DNA from: Chiloscyllium plagiosum
Lineage: Eukaryota
Direction: 5' to 3'
NCBI RefSeq assembly: GCF_004010195.1
Contig: NC_057711.1
Location: 72,206,845-72,262,151, forward strand
Length of the DNA stretch: 55,307 bases
Shown here piece after piece: positions 1 to 11,354 of this stretch (its first letter is position 1; each line of letters starts with the position of its first letter). The notes under the pieces were generated by a model that was not told the DNA's origin, did not search any database, and worked only from the letters and a program-made list of their open reading frames with translations. The position numbers and the translations under genes were made by a program.

Positions 1-612
1 TCTCACCTAGTAATATGCACCAGTGTCACGTAGAGATAAGAATACTGGTATGTTTAGGTTTTTCTCCACAGTAGCATTTTGTCAGTCATTTGGGGAATTA
101 AATTGTAGGATTGTTCTGCTTACAGGCCCTTGGAAACCCAGCTGGGAAATCTGTTTTGTTCCACGTGACTGCAGTGTAAGATAGATGTTTTGTGGTTTTA
201 TTCAGTACAGATTAAACTCTCGATAACTGAAGGCTATAAAGGTAGTTTTGATGTCTTCTGACAAAATGCATACTTTTAAAATAAAATTTAAAATATTTGT
301 TTGTAATTGAATGTGAAAAAAGGTCAAACCTTATGGTAGGAGTGAAATATAAATTAGTTTACATTCCATACTGTATAAGGAGAAATGTGTTGTCAGTGCT
401 GAGATTATTTTGAAAAATTTATCCTGTACATGTACAGGTAAGGAAAAACTGACGAGAAATCATTTGGTCCTTGACTTTTCTCCTCTTCATTTTTGAAGAG
501 CTTCATTTGTTTGCAAGAAACCCACAGAGTGGTGAAGGGGATATGAAAAATAAATCATATCAAATGATGATATGTAGTTCTAATTGAGTAGATAAATAAA
601 AACCCAGAGTCC

Positions 613-1141
613 ATGTTACTGCATGATGACAATCGTATTATACACCACAATTAAAAATGGCAGGAGGAGGATATGGGATTTATGTAAATTTAAACACCAG
701 CAAACTAACATTGTGTATCGTTTAGGCAATGAAGGAAAGCTAATTCATAGAAAAATAGTTCCAGTGATGGGTCTTACGTTGGGTGCCATTTATTTACTCT
801 CCCAGAATTTGTGTATAACAGTGTTCACAGCATTCAACTTTAAATTCATAATTTGAAACGAACAATTTTGCATTGAGTTGTAATTTGTGCAGGAGTCAAT
901 TTAAAATCATTTGGCAACTGAGTTACTTGCATGGATTTTGTTTGAGAAGAAAAATAACCTTTTTTCTGGCAAGAATTCAGACATCGAAGGAAGGAAATGT
1001 GAATTAAAGCTTTGAGGAGGTGTCTGATTGATTGATGCACATCTTTCTGTTGGGGAAAGATTAAATTTACATAAATCCCATATCCTCCTCCTGCCATTTT
1101 TAATTGTGCTGCATTATACAATCATCATCATGTAGCAACAT
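613..1141. repeat. Intronic inverted repeat: perfect arms 646-693 and 1061-1108 (48/48), extendable to 613-693 and 1061-1141
   Basis: CACAATTAAAAATGGCAGGAGGAGGATATGGGATTTATGTAAATTTAA is the exact reverse complement of 1061-1108. The outer 33 nt match 25/33 by hand alignment. Confidence 0.95.
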
Positions 1142-1612
1142 TGACTGGGTTTTTAATTCATAACTCCCTTTCTCCAAACACCCCACCCCCACCCCACCCA
1201 TCTCTTCATTCACCAAGAACCCAAAAAGGAAAAGTTCACAGATTGCTTATGGTCAACTCAGAGAGCTTTTTAGTTCTGCAGCATGACTCAGTGTGTGCTG
1301 GCAGCTTGCCAAGCAAAAGCAATTACGTGTAATAACAGCAAAAATTAAGAGGTGAGTGTTGCCGTTTTACAGCAGGACGTGGCAAGAACCATTTCCTTCT
1401 GTCAGCCGTATCTCGATTACACACTTAAAAAAAACAATTTCCTGTCGGTCTTGACTTGAGGTCAGCAAAGCCAGAAAGAGGAAGAAAGCAAAACCACAGC
1501 CACAGAAACAAATGTGCATTAAGTGCATGACTGGAAACGGTAAAATGGACTTCCATTGTAAAGATGTTGGATTTTTAAAAAAATACTTCTCTTTTTCTCA
1601 TATCTACTGCAG

Positions 1613-1700
1613 GTGTTCTAGTGGTAAATGTGACTTGGCGAAATAAAACATATGTTGGGACACTTCTGGACTGCACTAAACATGACTGGGCACCTCCAAG
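1613..1700 (+). CDS. ZNF608: ZNF608 internal coding exon (88 nt, phase 1 to 2): (G)[28 protein letters not shown](R)
   Basis: Pyrimidine tract and CTGCAG acceptor end at 1612; donor AG|GTAAGC at 1701. The peptide is the conserved ZNF608/ZNF609/Drosophila brakeless motif. The terminal AG joins the first G of exon 4079 to give AGG (Arg). Confidence 0.96.
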
Positions 1701-1798
1701 GTAAGCCTGCTTTCAAGGTATTTGAAATCCTAATGCAAATTGGAGAAGGATTTTAGACTTCAACATGGCACAACCTGAAATTGTCCCAACTTTGAAGA

Positions 1799-1926
1799 AG
1801 GTTAAAAATCGCACAACACCAGGTTATAGTCCAACAGGTTTATTTGGATGCCTGTTAGACTGTAACCTGGTGTTGTGCAGTTTTTAACTTTGTCCACCCC
1901 AGTCCAACATCGGCTCTTCCAAATCA
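1799..1926. mobile_element. Short palindromic Penelope-like (pLTR-derived) insertion
   Basis: Arm GTTAAAAATCGCACAACACCAGGTTATAGTCCAACAGG is followed by its inverse. TSD CAACTTTGAAGA (1787-1798) / CAATTTTGAAGA (1927-1938). Same family as 46529. Confidence 0.8.
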
Positions 1927-3289
1927 CAATTTTGAAGAGTTTTACTAGTGCTAATGCAGTTGTTTTAATCAAACTGTTCAGAAATTAACCTGGGCCTTCT
2001 GCCCCAATTGGTTGTAATATCCTACATGGAGAAAGCGTATCCCTAGCTCCTAGTTGCTGGTAACTTTTGTGTCGTCAATAGAGCATGGTACCAAGCATGT
2101 GAGGGCATCATAGTAGTGGGCCACAAGGTTCAAGTCCCACCTCTTCAGTAAGTGTCTCACAACATTTCTGAACAGATTGATTAAAACTTCATACCGAATA
2201 TGTATTCGAAAGATAAAAGAGACCATTCAACCCATCTATCTTGTTCTTACATGGAAAACTGTTAAAGGTTGAATAAACTGCTAGTGAAAAATAGGGCATT
2301 GGTGTCTGATCTTTTAAATAAAACCCTTTAAGTGAATACAGGGACACACATTTCACATCGTGGCCCTTTCATATATTAAAAACACAGGAGTGTTTCCAAT
2401 TAATGTCTCTCACTTGAATACAATTAACACTCAATTGATATTCATTAACACTTAAACCACCCTATCACTCTGATTTAATGGATTTTTGAATGATGCACGG
2501 GTTTTGACCTTACTGCCCTACTTGGAAGAACTTTGGACTGAGAAGTGCTTCCTGACCTCAATTTTGAATTTGCATTTCCCTCGTTTGTGCCTTTGTTTCC
2601 CTGCTCTGCAATTTTGATTTTCACTTTCAGTTGTGTTCATTGCTTACCTTTTTCATCAATTTGGAAATGTAAATAGCCTGTATTTTTCAACTGAAGGTTG
2701 AATTCAAGCTTTTCTAAATTGCCTACATACTTTATCCTCTGGGATTAGCTTTGTGATTCTTCTGTTAATGACAAACCTGAGTGCCATATTCAAGGCACAG
2801 TCTGACCATAATAAAGTCAAAGTTTTGCATAACAGCCTCAGAATTATAACTCTACTAATCTTAGACATAATGCTAAACATTTTATGTGTATTGTTATTTG
2901 TCTGTAATTAATCCAAGGTTTCTTTCCTTCTTTTCCTTATCTGGTTCAGCTCCATTTATTCAGCATGTGTGGCTGCCATTTATAAAGCAATAATGTTTCT
3001 ATTGTAAGGTAGTCCCAGTGTTGAAATTAGCCAGACTCATTCAATATAATGACCTAACAGACAAAAGTGGGATCATTCGTCTTTTTAGCCAAAATTGACT
3101 TTGTACGTGATTCCCGGATTAAAAGAGCTAGCCTGTATCCCACGACTATTCAGTCTTCCTATCAGGATTTGATAGAAATTGATGAGTCTTCAGGGAGCCC
3201 TTTATATTTAAAAAAAGCGTATTATTGCAAACATCTTCTTTTGACCATTCATTTGCAATCTAATATAAAATCATTATCTGAAAACATAT

Positions 3290-3960
3290 GGGGCACCTTG
3301 CTGGCATTTCTCTTCTGAACTTCTAAATTTTAACATCCTGGAAGTTACCAGAGACTGACCTGAATCAGTCATGAAACCAGTGTGACTACACGAGTATGTC
3401 AAAGGTTGGACATTGTGTGTTGAGTAACTCACCTTCTGATTCCCCAGAGTCTGTGCACCATCTACAAGGCAGCACTTTGATGGAATACTCCCCATCTTAC
3501 CTGGATGAATGCAGTTGCAACAACACTCAAAGCAGGACAAAGCAGCCCTCTGGACTGGCACCCTGTTTAACACCTTTAACATTTGCTCCCACTACCAGCA
3601 ATGCACAGCAGCAGCAGTGTCTACCATCTACAACTTGCACTGCAACAAGGCTCCTTAGGCAGCACTTCTAAACCCATGACCTCTAACACCTAGTAAGACA
3701 TAGGCAACATATACATGTGAACACCATCACTTGCAATTTCTCCTCCAAACCACACACTATCCTTATATGGAACTGTATCACAGTTCCTTCATAGTTAGCA
3801 GATCAAATTCCTGAAACCCGCTTGCTAACAGCACTGTGAGTATGCCGACACCACATGGACTGCAGCGGCTCAAGAAGGCAGTTCACCACCATCTTCTCAG
3901 AGGATATTAGGAACAGCTGCTCAGGTCAGCAACACCCTCACCCTGTGAATGAATGAAAAG
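3290..3960 (+). mobile_element. 3' end of a decayed CR1/L2-group LINE
   Basis: MEYSP...QxKAA remnants like those at 22431-22520. Tail CCCTCACCCTGTGAATGAATGAAAA is shared with the SINE at 44738. Confidence 0.75.
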
Positions 3961-4046
3961 GAAGTTGTGTTAACGGTCACTTTTCTGTTTCTTATTGGTC
4001 CTCATTTACTTTTGACTGAGCTACAAACATTCACGATTCTGGCTAA

Positions 4047-4053
4047 TACTAAC
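4047..4053 (+). promoter_or_regulatory. Consensus branch point TACTAAC for the large ZNF608 exon
   Basis: Perfect TACTAAC with the branch A 26 nt upstream of the acceptor G at 4078. Confidence 0.7.
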
Positions 4054-4078
4054 CTGAAGTGTACTTTATGTTCCACAG

Positions 4079-6578
4079 GTTTTGTGAATCGCCCACGAGT
4101 GACTTTGAAATGCGAGCCAGCCGAGGGCGAGGGAAAAGGGCGCGGTCTGTGGCTAGCGCTCCGATGAATGAAGCCAGTTTTACAGAGTCCAGGGGCATGC
4201 AAAGCAAGAACCGAGGCGGGGCGAATGGGAAAGGTCGGCGGGGGAGTCTTAACACGAGCGGGCGTAGGACACCCCCCAACTGTACCATGGAGGATGTGAA
4301 AACCAGCCCTTCCCCCATTACCAAAAGGAAGAACAAGCCACCCATGGAGTTGGACCTGAACTCCAGCTCCGAGGATACCAAGTCCGGGAAGAGGGTCCGT
4401 ACAAATTCGAGAAGCACTCCAACCACCCCACAGGGGAAGCCCGAGACTACTTTTGTGGATCAAGGTTGCTCTTCTCCCGTATTAATTGACTGTCCCCATC
4501 CAAACTGTAGTAAGAAGTACAAGCACATCAATGGTTTGCGATACCACCAGGCTCATGCACATTTAGATCCTGAGAATAAATTGGAATTTGAGCCGGACAT
4601 TGAAGACAAAATGTCAGACTGTGAAGAGGCTTTGAGTAACGTGGCAATTGGTGTTGAACCTGCTGAGCCAGGAAATGGCAGCTTGCTTTCTGCCAGTGGA
4701 TTGAGTTACGATCCAATGAAAGCTCCTCCGTCACCTATCACTAGCACCCCAGGGACACCAAAGGGCCGCAAAGACTTGGCTAACGCTGCCCAGAGCCCAA
4801 TAGTCAACTCTAAATCTGGGAAGAATGCTAGTAAAAGGAAAGGACTGCATAACGACCTGAATAATCTTCCTGTGATTTCCAACATGACTGCAGCTTTGGA
4901 AAGCTGCTCAGTTCCTGATGGTGGGTCTGCTTCAGAAATGCCCAAACTTGAAGTGGAAGGGGTCATAGATAAGAAAAATATGGGTGACAAAGAAAAAGGG
5001 AAAAAGAGCAACAATGGCAAAGTGGACAAAACGTTATCAAAGCCTAAAACAACAAGGCCAATTGCTCCGGCTCCTCCCCCACCACAGCTGATTGCTATTC
5101 CCACAGCAACATTCACAACCACCACTGCAGGAACAATACCAGGGCTACCCTCTCTGACTACAACAGTTGTCCAGGCAACACCAAAGAGTCCACCGCTGAA
5201 ACCTATTCAACCAAAGCCTACAATTATGGGAGAACCTAGCGTGGTAAACCCAGCTCTGTCCTCCCTCAAGGATAAAAAGAAGAAAGAGAAGCGAAAGCTG
5301 AAAGACAAAGAAGGTAAAGAGACAGTCAGCCCCAAGATGGACTCGAAGCTCGGGAAACCTGAGGATTTAAAGGCTTCTGCAAAAGAGCTGACTGCACATT
5401 TTTTAAAAGAGCATCTCAATAAAAATGAAGTGCTTGTGAATGGTTTATGTGACTCTCAGGAGAGCAGAATGGCCAGCATAAAAGCCGAGGCTGATAAGGT
5501 TTACACATTCACAGACAATGCACCCAGCCCTTCTATTGGGAGTGCCTGTAGGCTGGAATGCAGCAGTCTGGTTAATGGACAATCTCCCATGACACCATTG
5601 CATGTTTTAACACAAAATGGTGGTGATGGGACCGCTACCAAAACAAACAGCCCGGCTTACTCTGATATTTCTGATGCTGCTGATGATGGTGGCTCTGACA
5701 GCAGGTCAGAGGGCGCAAGGTCAAAGACTAATTCTCCTGCAGATACAATTTCCTCCAAGGAGACTATTGTAAAAACTCATTCCTCAGCCTCTTCTCAGCC
5801 AGCACAAAGTAAAGAGACTCATTCACCTTTTTACCATGGTTACGAGCCTTACTATTCTCCTAATTACATGCACCCTAGTCAGGTCAGTAATGCCACGACT
5901 GGAAATCTTTCTTCAGCCCAGAGCATCAAAGTGAAAAAAGAGGCAGATGAAGATGCTGAGAAAAAGGAGAAGGTGGAGGTTTTGGATGTTAAAAAAAGTG
6001 ACACAAGTGCAGTAAATGTCCAGGCTCAGCACCAATCTGTTATTACACAAAGACATCCAGCACTTGCTCAGTCACTGTATTATGGACAATATGCATATGG
6101 CTTATGTTACGTTGACCAGAAATCAATAATGACAAACCCTTCTTACAGGCAACAATATGAAAAATTTTATGAGGAGCAGCGGTTTGCAGAGCAGAAACTG
6201 CAGCAGTTGAGTAGAGATAATGAAAGAAAAGGTGAAGGGCAGCAGAAGGATCTGGGAAAAGATGAATTAAAACAGAAAAATATTCCAACCGCCACAATCT
6301 CAAAAGCCCCTTCTACCCCTGAGCCAAACAAAAGTAGCACAAAAGCTAAGGATCCCTTCTTGCTGTCAGATTCCTCAAAACCTGGTATCGCTAACAAAGC
6401 AGATGAGCTAGGGAAATCACACGTTCAGCCTCTGCAGCAGCAACAACAACTGACAATGGACGGGTTTAAAGCCAAGCAAATGGAGAATCACCAGCTCATC
6501 AAGGAGGCGGTGGAAATGAAATCTGTGATGGATTCTATGAAGCAGACAGGAGTGGACCCCACCATCCGCTTTAAACAG
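4079..6578 (+). CDS. ZNF608: ZNF608 large coding exon (2500 nt) with the single C2H2 zinc finger [24 protein letters not shown] (4491-4562)
   Basis: Lies within ORF 4059..6620. Acceptor CCACAG|G at 4078, donor CAG|GTAAAC at 6579. [59 protein letters not shown] and [26 protein letters not shown] match vertebrate ZNF608, as I recall it, better than ZNF609. Confidence 0.97.
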
Positions 6579-7539
6579 GTAAACTTAAGTTTTTGTTGCT
6601 TGAAGTTGAGGTCAGGGTGAATAAAATTAAAGCAAGCTTTGTTTTAATCGGCACTTTATGAACAGGCACTCTCAATAAACCAGCCAAAATTATATACTTA
6701 AGTACCACAAAGTTTACTGTATTATCACGATGCCTGAGTAGTCAGTTCGGGGTGAGAATGAAAAGCTCTGTGCTGGAAAGTTTTACTTAAATGACATATC
6801 CTGAAATTAACTGATGTGTATATCCCCTGCATTACATTTCTATTTTTTAATGTGTGTTTTTACATTGATTATGTCGACCACTTGACCAAATGGCACATCC
6901 CATCAGGTGCTGGTTAATAAAAAAACGTTTGCCGTACATTTTACAGTGTTTGTAAAATCCCTTCAATGTAGAATTGCTACACAACACATTACAGTACAAT
7001 AAGTGAAAATAGATGAAGGAATTGATGCCACGCCACAATGCCTGGGTGAAAGGTTTGTAACAACAGTTTATAAATGTGGACAGTTATGTGAAGAGATGGA
7101 GACATTTAAGGAGGGAATTCTGCAGTTTAGGATGAAGCCATCTGAAAGCTTTGGTCCCAAAGAGAAGATGGGATGAAGGGAAGGAAATAAGATTACAATT
7201 TCAAATCCCGTTCACTGAGTTCATTTTTGATCATAATGGAATTATTACCACTGGGATCACACTTGTCAGTGTAGGGAAAACCTCTTGTCCTGATTTCTGT
7301 GCTGCAGTCTCTGCTGAAAAACATCTTTTTGACTAGTGGCTGAAATGAGTTTGATGCTAGTCTCTGATGCTTCCCTGCTGTGGAGTAAATTGTCAGCATT
7401 GAAGGCTGTTAGTGTTTGATGTTTTTTTTGGAAAAGAATTCTGCCATCTAAGTAAGGAAACCAGTTTCAGCTATGCAGAGAGCTTGTAAGTTAGTCTCTT
7501 GTAACTGAAATTACCCAAGTACTGAATGAGAGATTCAAA

Positions 7540-7930
7540 CTTCACAATGACAGAGAGATAAGTGACTTTGTAACCATGGTTGCTAGAAGTGGACAGAAAT
7601 ATCAATAAATTGAAATGGGCAGAGATGTGGCAAATGGATTTCAAAATAAGTAAATGTAGGATTTTCCACACCCACTGGAAAGGATTGAACAGAGAATGAA
7701 AAGCTAAAAACAGTTGAGGTTCAAAGAAACTTTGGGGTCCATGTACATAGTTAATTAAAATGTCAGAACATTTACAGAATGTAATCATACAGGTTAATGA
7801 ATGATGATCGATATATCTAGAGAGAGACCAAAAAAAAATGGGGTGTTGGTTATCCACAGCTTTGCAGTGTTGCCTTAGACCAAACCTGAAACGCTGTGAC
7901 CAGTCTTGTGTCTCTCCTCAGGGGAGGATT
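7540..7930 (+). mobile_element. Highly decayed CR1-type RT fragment
   Basis: AAATGGGCAGAGATGTGGCAAATGGATTTC encodes KWAEMWQMDF. Confidence 0.6.
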
Positions 7931-8475
7931 TAATGTAGTTTGTAGAAAGACCCAGTCAGGCACTTAACAGAGGCCTTTCATGGCGATCAAAGATCAAGAA
8001 TCAGAAGTCCTGCCCACTGAGATAATCTTCAGTGACCAGCAGCACACTGTGGGGAACTGGCAGTAATGCACTCACCCACAGTCAGTGAGGAACCAAAACT
8101 ACAGGGGAGTGACGACAGGAAGGGCATCACAGCATGGCGACTGTGGGGGATAGGGTTTTGCTGCAAAGGTGGAGGGCTGGTTCTCAGCAATGTCTCTCTT
8201 CCCAATACTAGGTCCTTTGTTCAGGCCTTTGAGTGTCTTTGAAGGATCAACCTGCTCCTGAATCTTGCACAGGCATCTCCTATGATGAGACCCCTCCTGC
8301 TACTAGGTGACTACCAGTTGTAGTGAGGTGAGGCCTGTAAGTGAGCACTATGAGAAGGTTAATTCATGATTTCACCAAGTGTCCAAGGTATTAAGGAGGG
8401 AAAAGGATGGGATAGATTGAAAGTATTTCCATTGGTTAGGAAGGTCTAGGATTGGTGGGTATCATGTAAAAGTTA

Positions 8476-8622
8476 ACGAGGTAAAAACAATGACTGCAGA
8501 TGCTGGAAACCAGATTCTGGATTAGTGGTGCTGGAAGAGCACAGCAGTTTAGGCAGCTTCGATTTCGAAGCTCCTTGGATGCTGCCTGAACTGCTGTGCT
8601 CTTCCAGCACCACTAATCCAGA
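8476..8622. mobile_element. Palindromic Penelope-like insertion with 15-bp TSD
   Basis: Inverted arms ~8512-8557 and ~8581-8625. TSD ATCATGTAAAAGTTA at 8461-8475 and 8623-8637. Confidence 0.85.
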
Positions 8623-9057
8623 ATCATGTAAAAGTTAGCCATATCTTTCAGGAGTGAACATATGACCGCAAGCTATAGGAGCAGGAGGAGGCCATTCAAC
8701 CCCTGAAGCCTATCCCACATTCTATAAAATCATGGCTGGTATTCCCCGGGCTTCAACTCCTCAATATTTCAAAAATCTACCTACTTTCTTTTCAAATATT
8801 TTCAGTGATCTAGCTTCAACACTGTCTATGGTAGAGAATTCTAGACATTCTCTACTTCTTGGCAAGGAAATTCCTTTGCATTAAAGGTAGCTAACGTTTC
8901 TACACAGATTTTCTTCTGAAAATGCTAATTACTAACTGATAGGTTTCTGTTATATTTAGTGATACGGATAAATGGGTATTTGGATTGAGGTTAGCCGTAA
9001 GATATGCAGCCTGTTTTCCTCCACTGTATCCTAGAATCAGAATGCTGATTTGAGAAT

Positions 9058-9340
9058 GGCACAATGGCTCAGTGGTTAGTACTACTACGTCATAGCACCA
9101 GGGAACAAGGTTCAATTCCACCCTTGGGTGACTGTCTGTATGGAGTTTGCACATTTTCCCTATGTTTGTGTGGTGGATTGTCCATGCTAAATTGTCCATA
9201 GTGTACAGGGATATATAGGTGAGGTGGATTAGTCATAGGAAATGCAGAATTACAGGGATGGAGTGGATCTGGGTGGAATGCTCTTCATTCTTGATGGGCT
9301 GTATGGCCTGCTTCCACACTGTAGGAATTCTACTCTATGA
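9058..9340 (+). mobile_element. HE1-type V-SINE
   Basis: tRNA-like head TGGCTCAGTGGTTAG...GGTTCAATTCC, V-domain TGGAGTTTGCACATT, tail TTCCACACTGTAGGAATTCTA. Confidence 0.85.
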
Positions 9341-10000
9341 AATCTTTGATAGTTAACTTATTTGAATTATTAGTGTCAAATAAATTTGTTCTATGTTTAC
9401 AGCATTCCAGTTACACACTACGATTCAGTTTCTAGTGAAAATCAACCTAGCTTAAATTGATTACTGATAGTGATTGAATCACCTTTTAGGTGTAAAAGGA
9501 CATGTCCAAATCTTTCAGTTGCACTTTTATGTAATGTGTTTCAAGATATCTGCAGAAAGTTTATAGGTTGTTCATATAAAATTGTGCCCAAAGGACCTTT
9601 AAGTATTGATTGAGCAGATGAGCTAGTTATCATGACTGTAATTGGATTCTCCTTGATTCTAATCTGCATAGAAGAAAGAAACATAATTGGAAAAATATTT
9701 CTTCGGTTCCATACTTCATGGAAAGCTTTAAGAAATCAGTTTTAAGTCCATTCCAGGTAATTCCTATGAGGTGAGCAGAATCCTTTATGCACAATGGATG
9801 AAGCTTGATTGCTATATATTTAGCAATAAATGTGAACATGGCATATTAGCAAGACAGTTATATTTCTATATTCAGTTTAATATAGAAATGTGTATGAGTG
9901 TGTGCGCGAGAGTGTAAGGTAACTGCAGAGTTTTATTGCACGGATTTAATGAGGTGATGGAATGTGAAATCTCGGTGACATGTTCTCTGATTATACACAG

Positions 10001-10418
10001 GAGCCAGATAGCCGACCATGGCCCCATTATGTTTACCAGCCAAAGTACATGGAACAGCAAAAAATGGACGATTTTGAGCGAGAGAAAAAGCAGAAAGAAG
10101 ACAGTCCAATTAAGGCATCCAGCAAAGAGGGAAATGTATCTAATATTCCTATGGGAGTAACTAACATAAAAGAGGAGCCAAAAGATGCCAAACGGGCTGA
10201 ATCGCAGTCTCTCTCACTGGAGGAACATAAAAATAAAACTGATGATCGTAAGACTCCTGTCATTGCAAAGGAGTCTCGAGGAGCTCGTGTTGCTGTCTCA
10301 TCACCAATGAATCAGCATCAATCTTACATTCAATACCTGCACGCTTATAATCCTTATTCACAAATGTATGATCCAGCCTACAGAGCAGTGTCTCCAGTGC
10401 TAATGCATAGCTACCCAG
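10001..10418 (+). CDS. ZNF608: ZNF608 coding exon (418 nt, phase 0 to 1): [16 protein letters not shown]...[11 protein letters not shown](G)
   Basis: Lies within ORF 9980..10432. Acceptor ACACAG| at 10000, donor CAG|GTAGGT at 10419. In phase with both neighbouring exons. Confidence 0.96.
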
Positions 10419-11030
10419 GTAGGTCATTCTAGTGTGTGCTTGCGGGTGCATGTGTCTCTCTGTCTGTCAGTGTGTCATTTATATGTCTGCATACATGTGT
10501 GAAGAATCAAAAGGTTATGGAAAGTTTTGGTTCATAATAGTTGAGGTCATAAGAGAATTTGAAAGTGAAAAAAAAATATTAGAGATAAAGAATAGAAAGA
10601 AAATCTCAGTAATTGCCGGGTGTAACTACGAATAACAAACCAAGAGGATCCTGTGTTGGCTCCCATTCAGTACAATCATACTGTACATGTGAACACATTA
10701 ATTGGGACCAGAAATAGGCCATTTAGCCCCTCTAGCCTGCACTGCTCTTCAGTAAGTTTATGGCTGATCTGACTGTGACCACAACTCCTCTTTTTTCCTA
10801 TGTTTGACAGCCTTTGACTCCCAGTCCAGAGCTGGGCAGATCTCAGCCAGGTAAACATAAGGGCTTTACAACAAGCCTTACTTTTCCTGGGCTTCCAAGA
10901 GGTAAATATAGTGATGACTAATGCTGTTGGATTCTGATTCCCAAAGTCTGGAGATTTGCACTGTGCTTCAGTGCATGCACTTTGAACAACCAACTGATGT
11001 TTGCTGTCCAGGCTCTTTCGGTGACCATTT

Positions 11031-11116
11031 TTTTTTAGATTAGATTAGATTACAGTGTGGAAACAGGCCCTTCGGCCCAACAAGTCCACACCGACCCACC
11101 GAAGCGAAACCCACCC
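11031..11116 (-). mobile_element. HE1/HER1 3'-tail fragment flanked by a 77-bp direct duplication
   Basis: (TTAGA)n ACAGTGTGGAAACAGGCCCTTCGGCCCAACAAGTCC, matching the tail at ~32220-32300. Flanks 10954-11030 and 11117-11193 differ by 1 nt. Confidence 0.9.
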
Positions 11117-11354
11117 ATTTGCACTGTGCTTCAGTGCATGCACTTTGAACAACCAGCTGATGTTTGCTGTCCAGGCTCTTTCGGTGACCATTTGTCTCAG
11201 ACGTTGCTGGGCTGACAGAACCTAGCATTATACAGCCCAAATTAAGCCAGTGATTTCGGCATGTATTGAGTGAAAAAGTAATTGAATAGAAATGTGAGAG
11301 TGAGGCATGCAAAGGGAAACCATATTTAGTCAATTTATTGGACTTAATTGAATG

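Noticed and set aside
4002..6397. Several antisense ORFs (4002, 4049, 4528, 4706, 5207, 6043, 6167)
   Set aside because: Shadow ORFs on the opposite strand of the coding exon, with no recognisable domains.
4059..6620. 853-aa ORF as a standalone single-exon gene
   Set aside because: Its first 7 and last 13 codons lie outside the splice sites. It is the large internal ZNF608 exon, in phase with the flanking exons.
9058..9130. tRNA genes at SINE heads (also 17800, 24560, 44738)
   Set aside because: A/B boxes run directly into SINE bodies and LINE-derived tails, with no complete cloverleaf.
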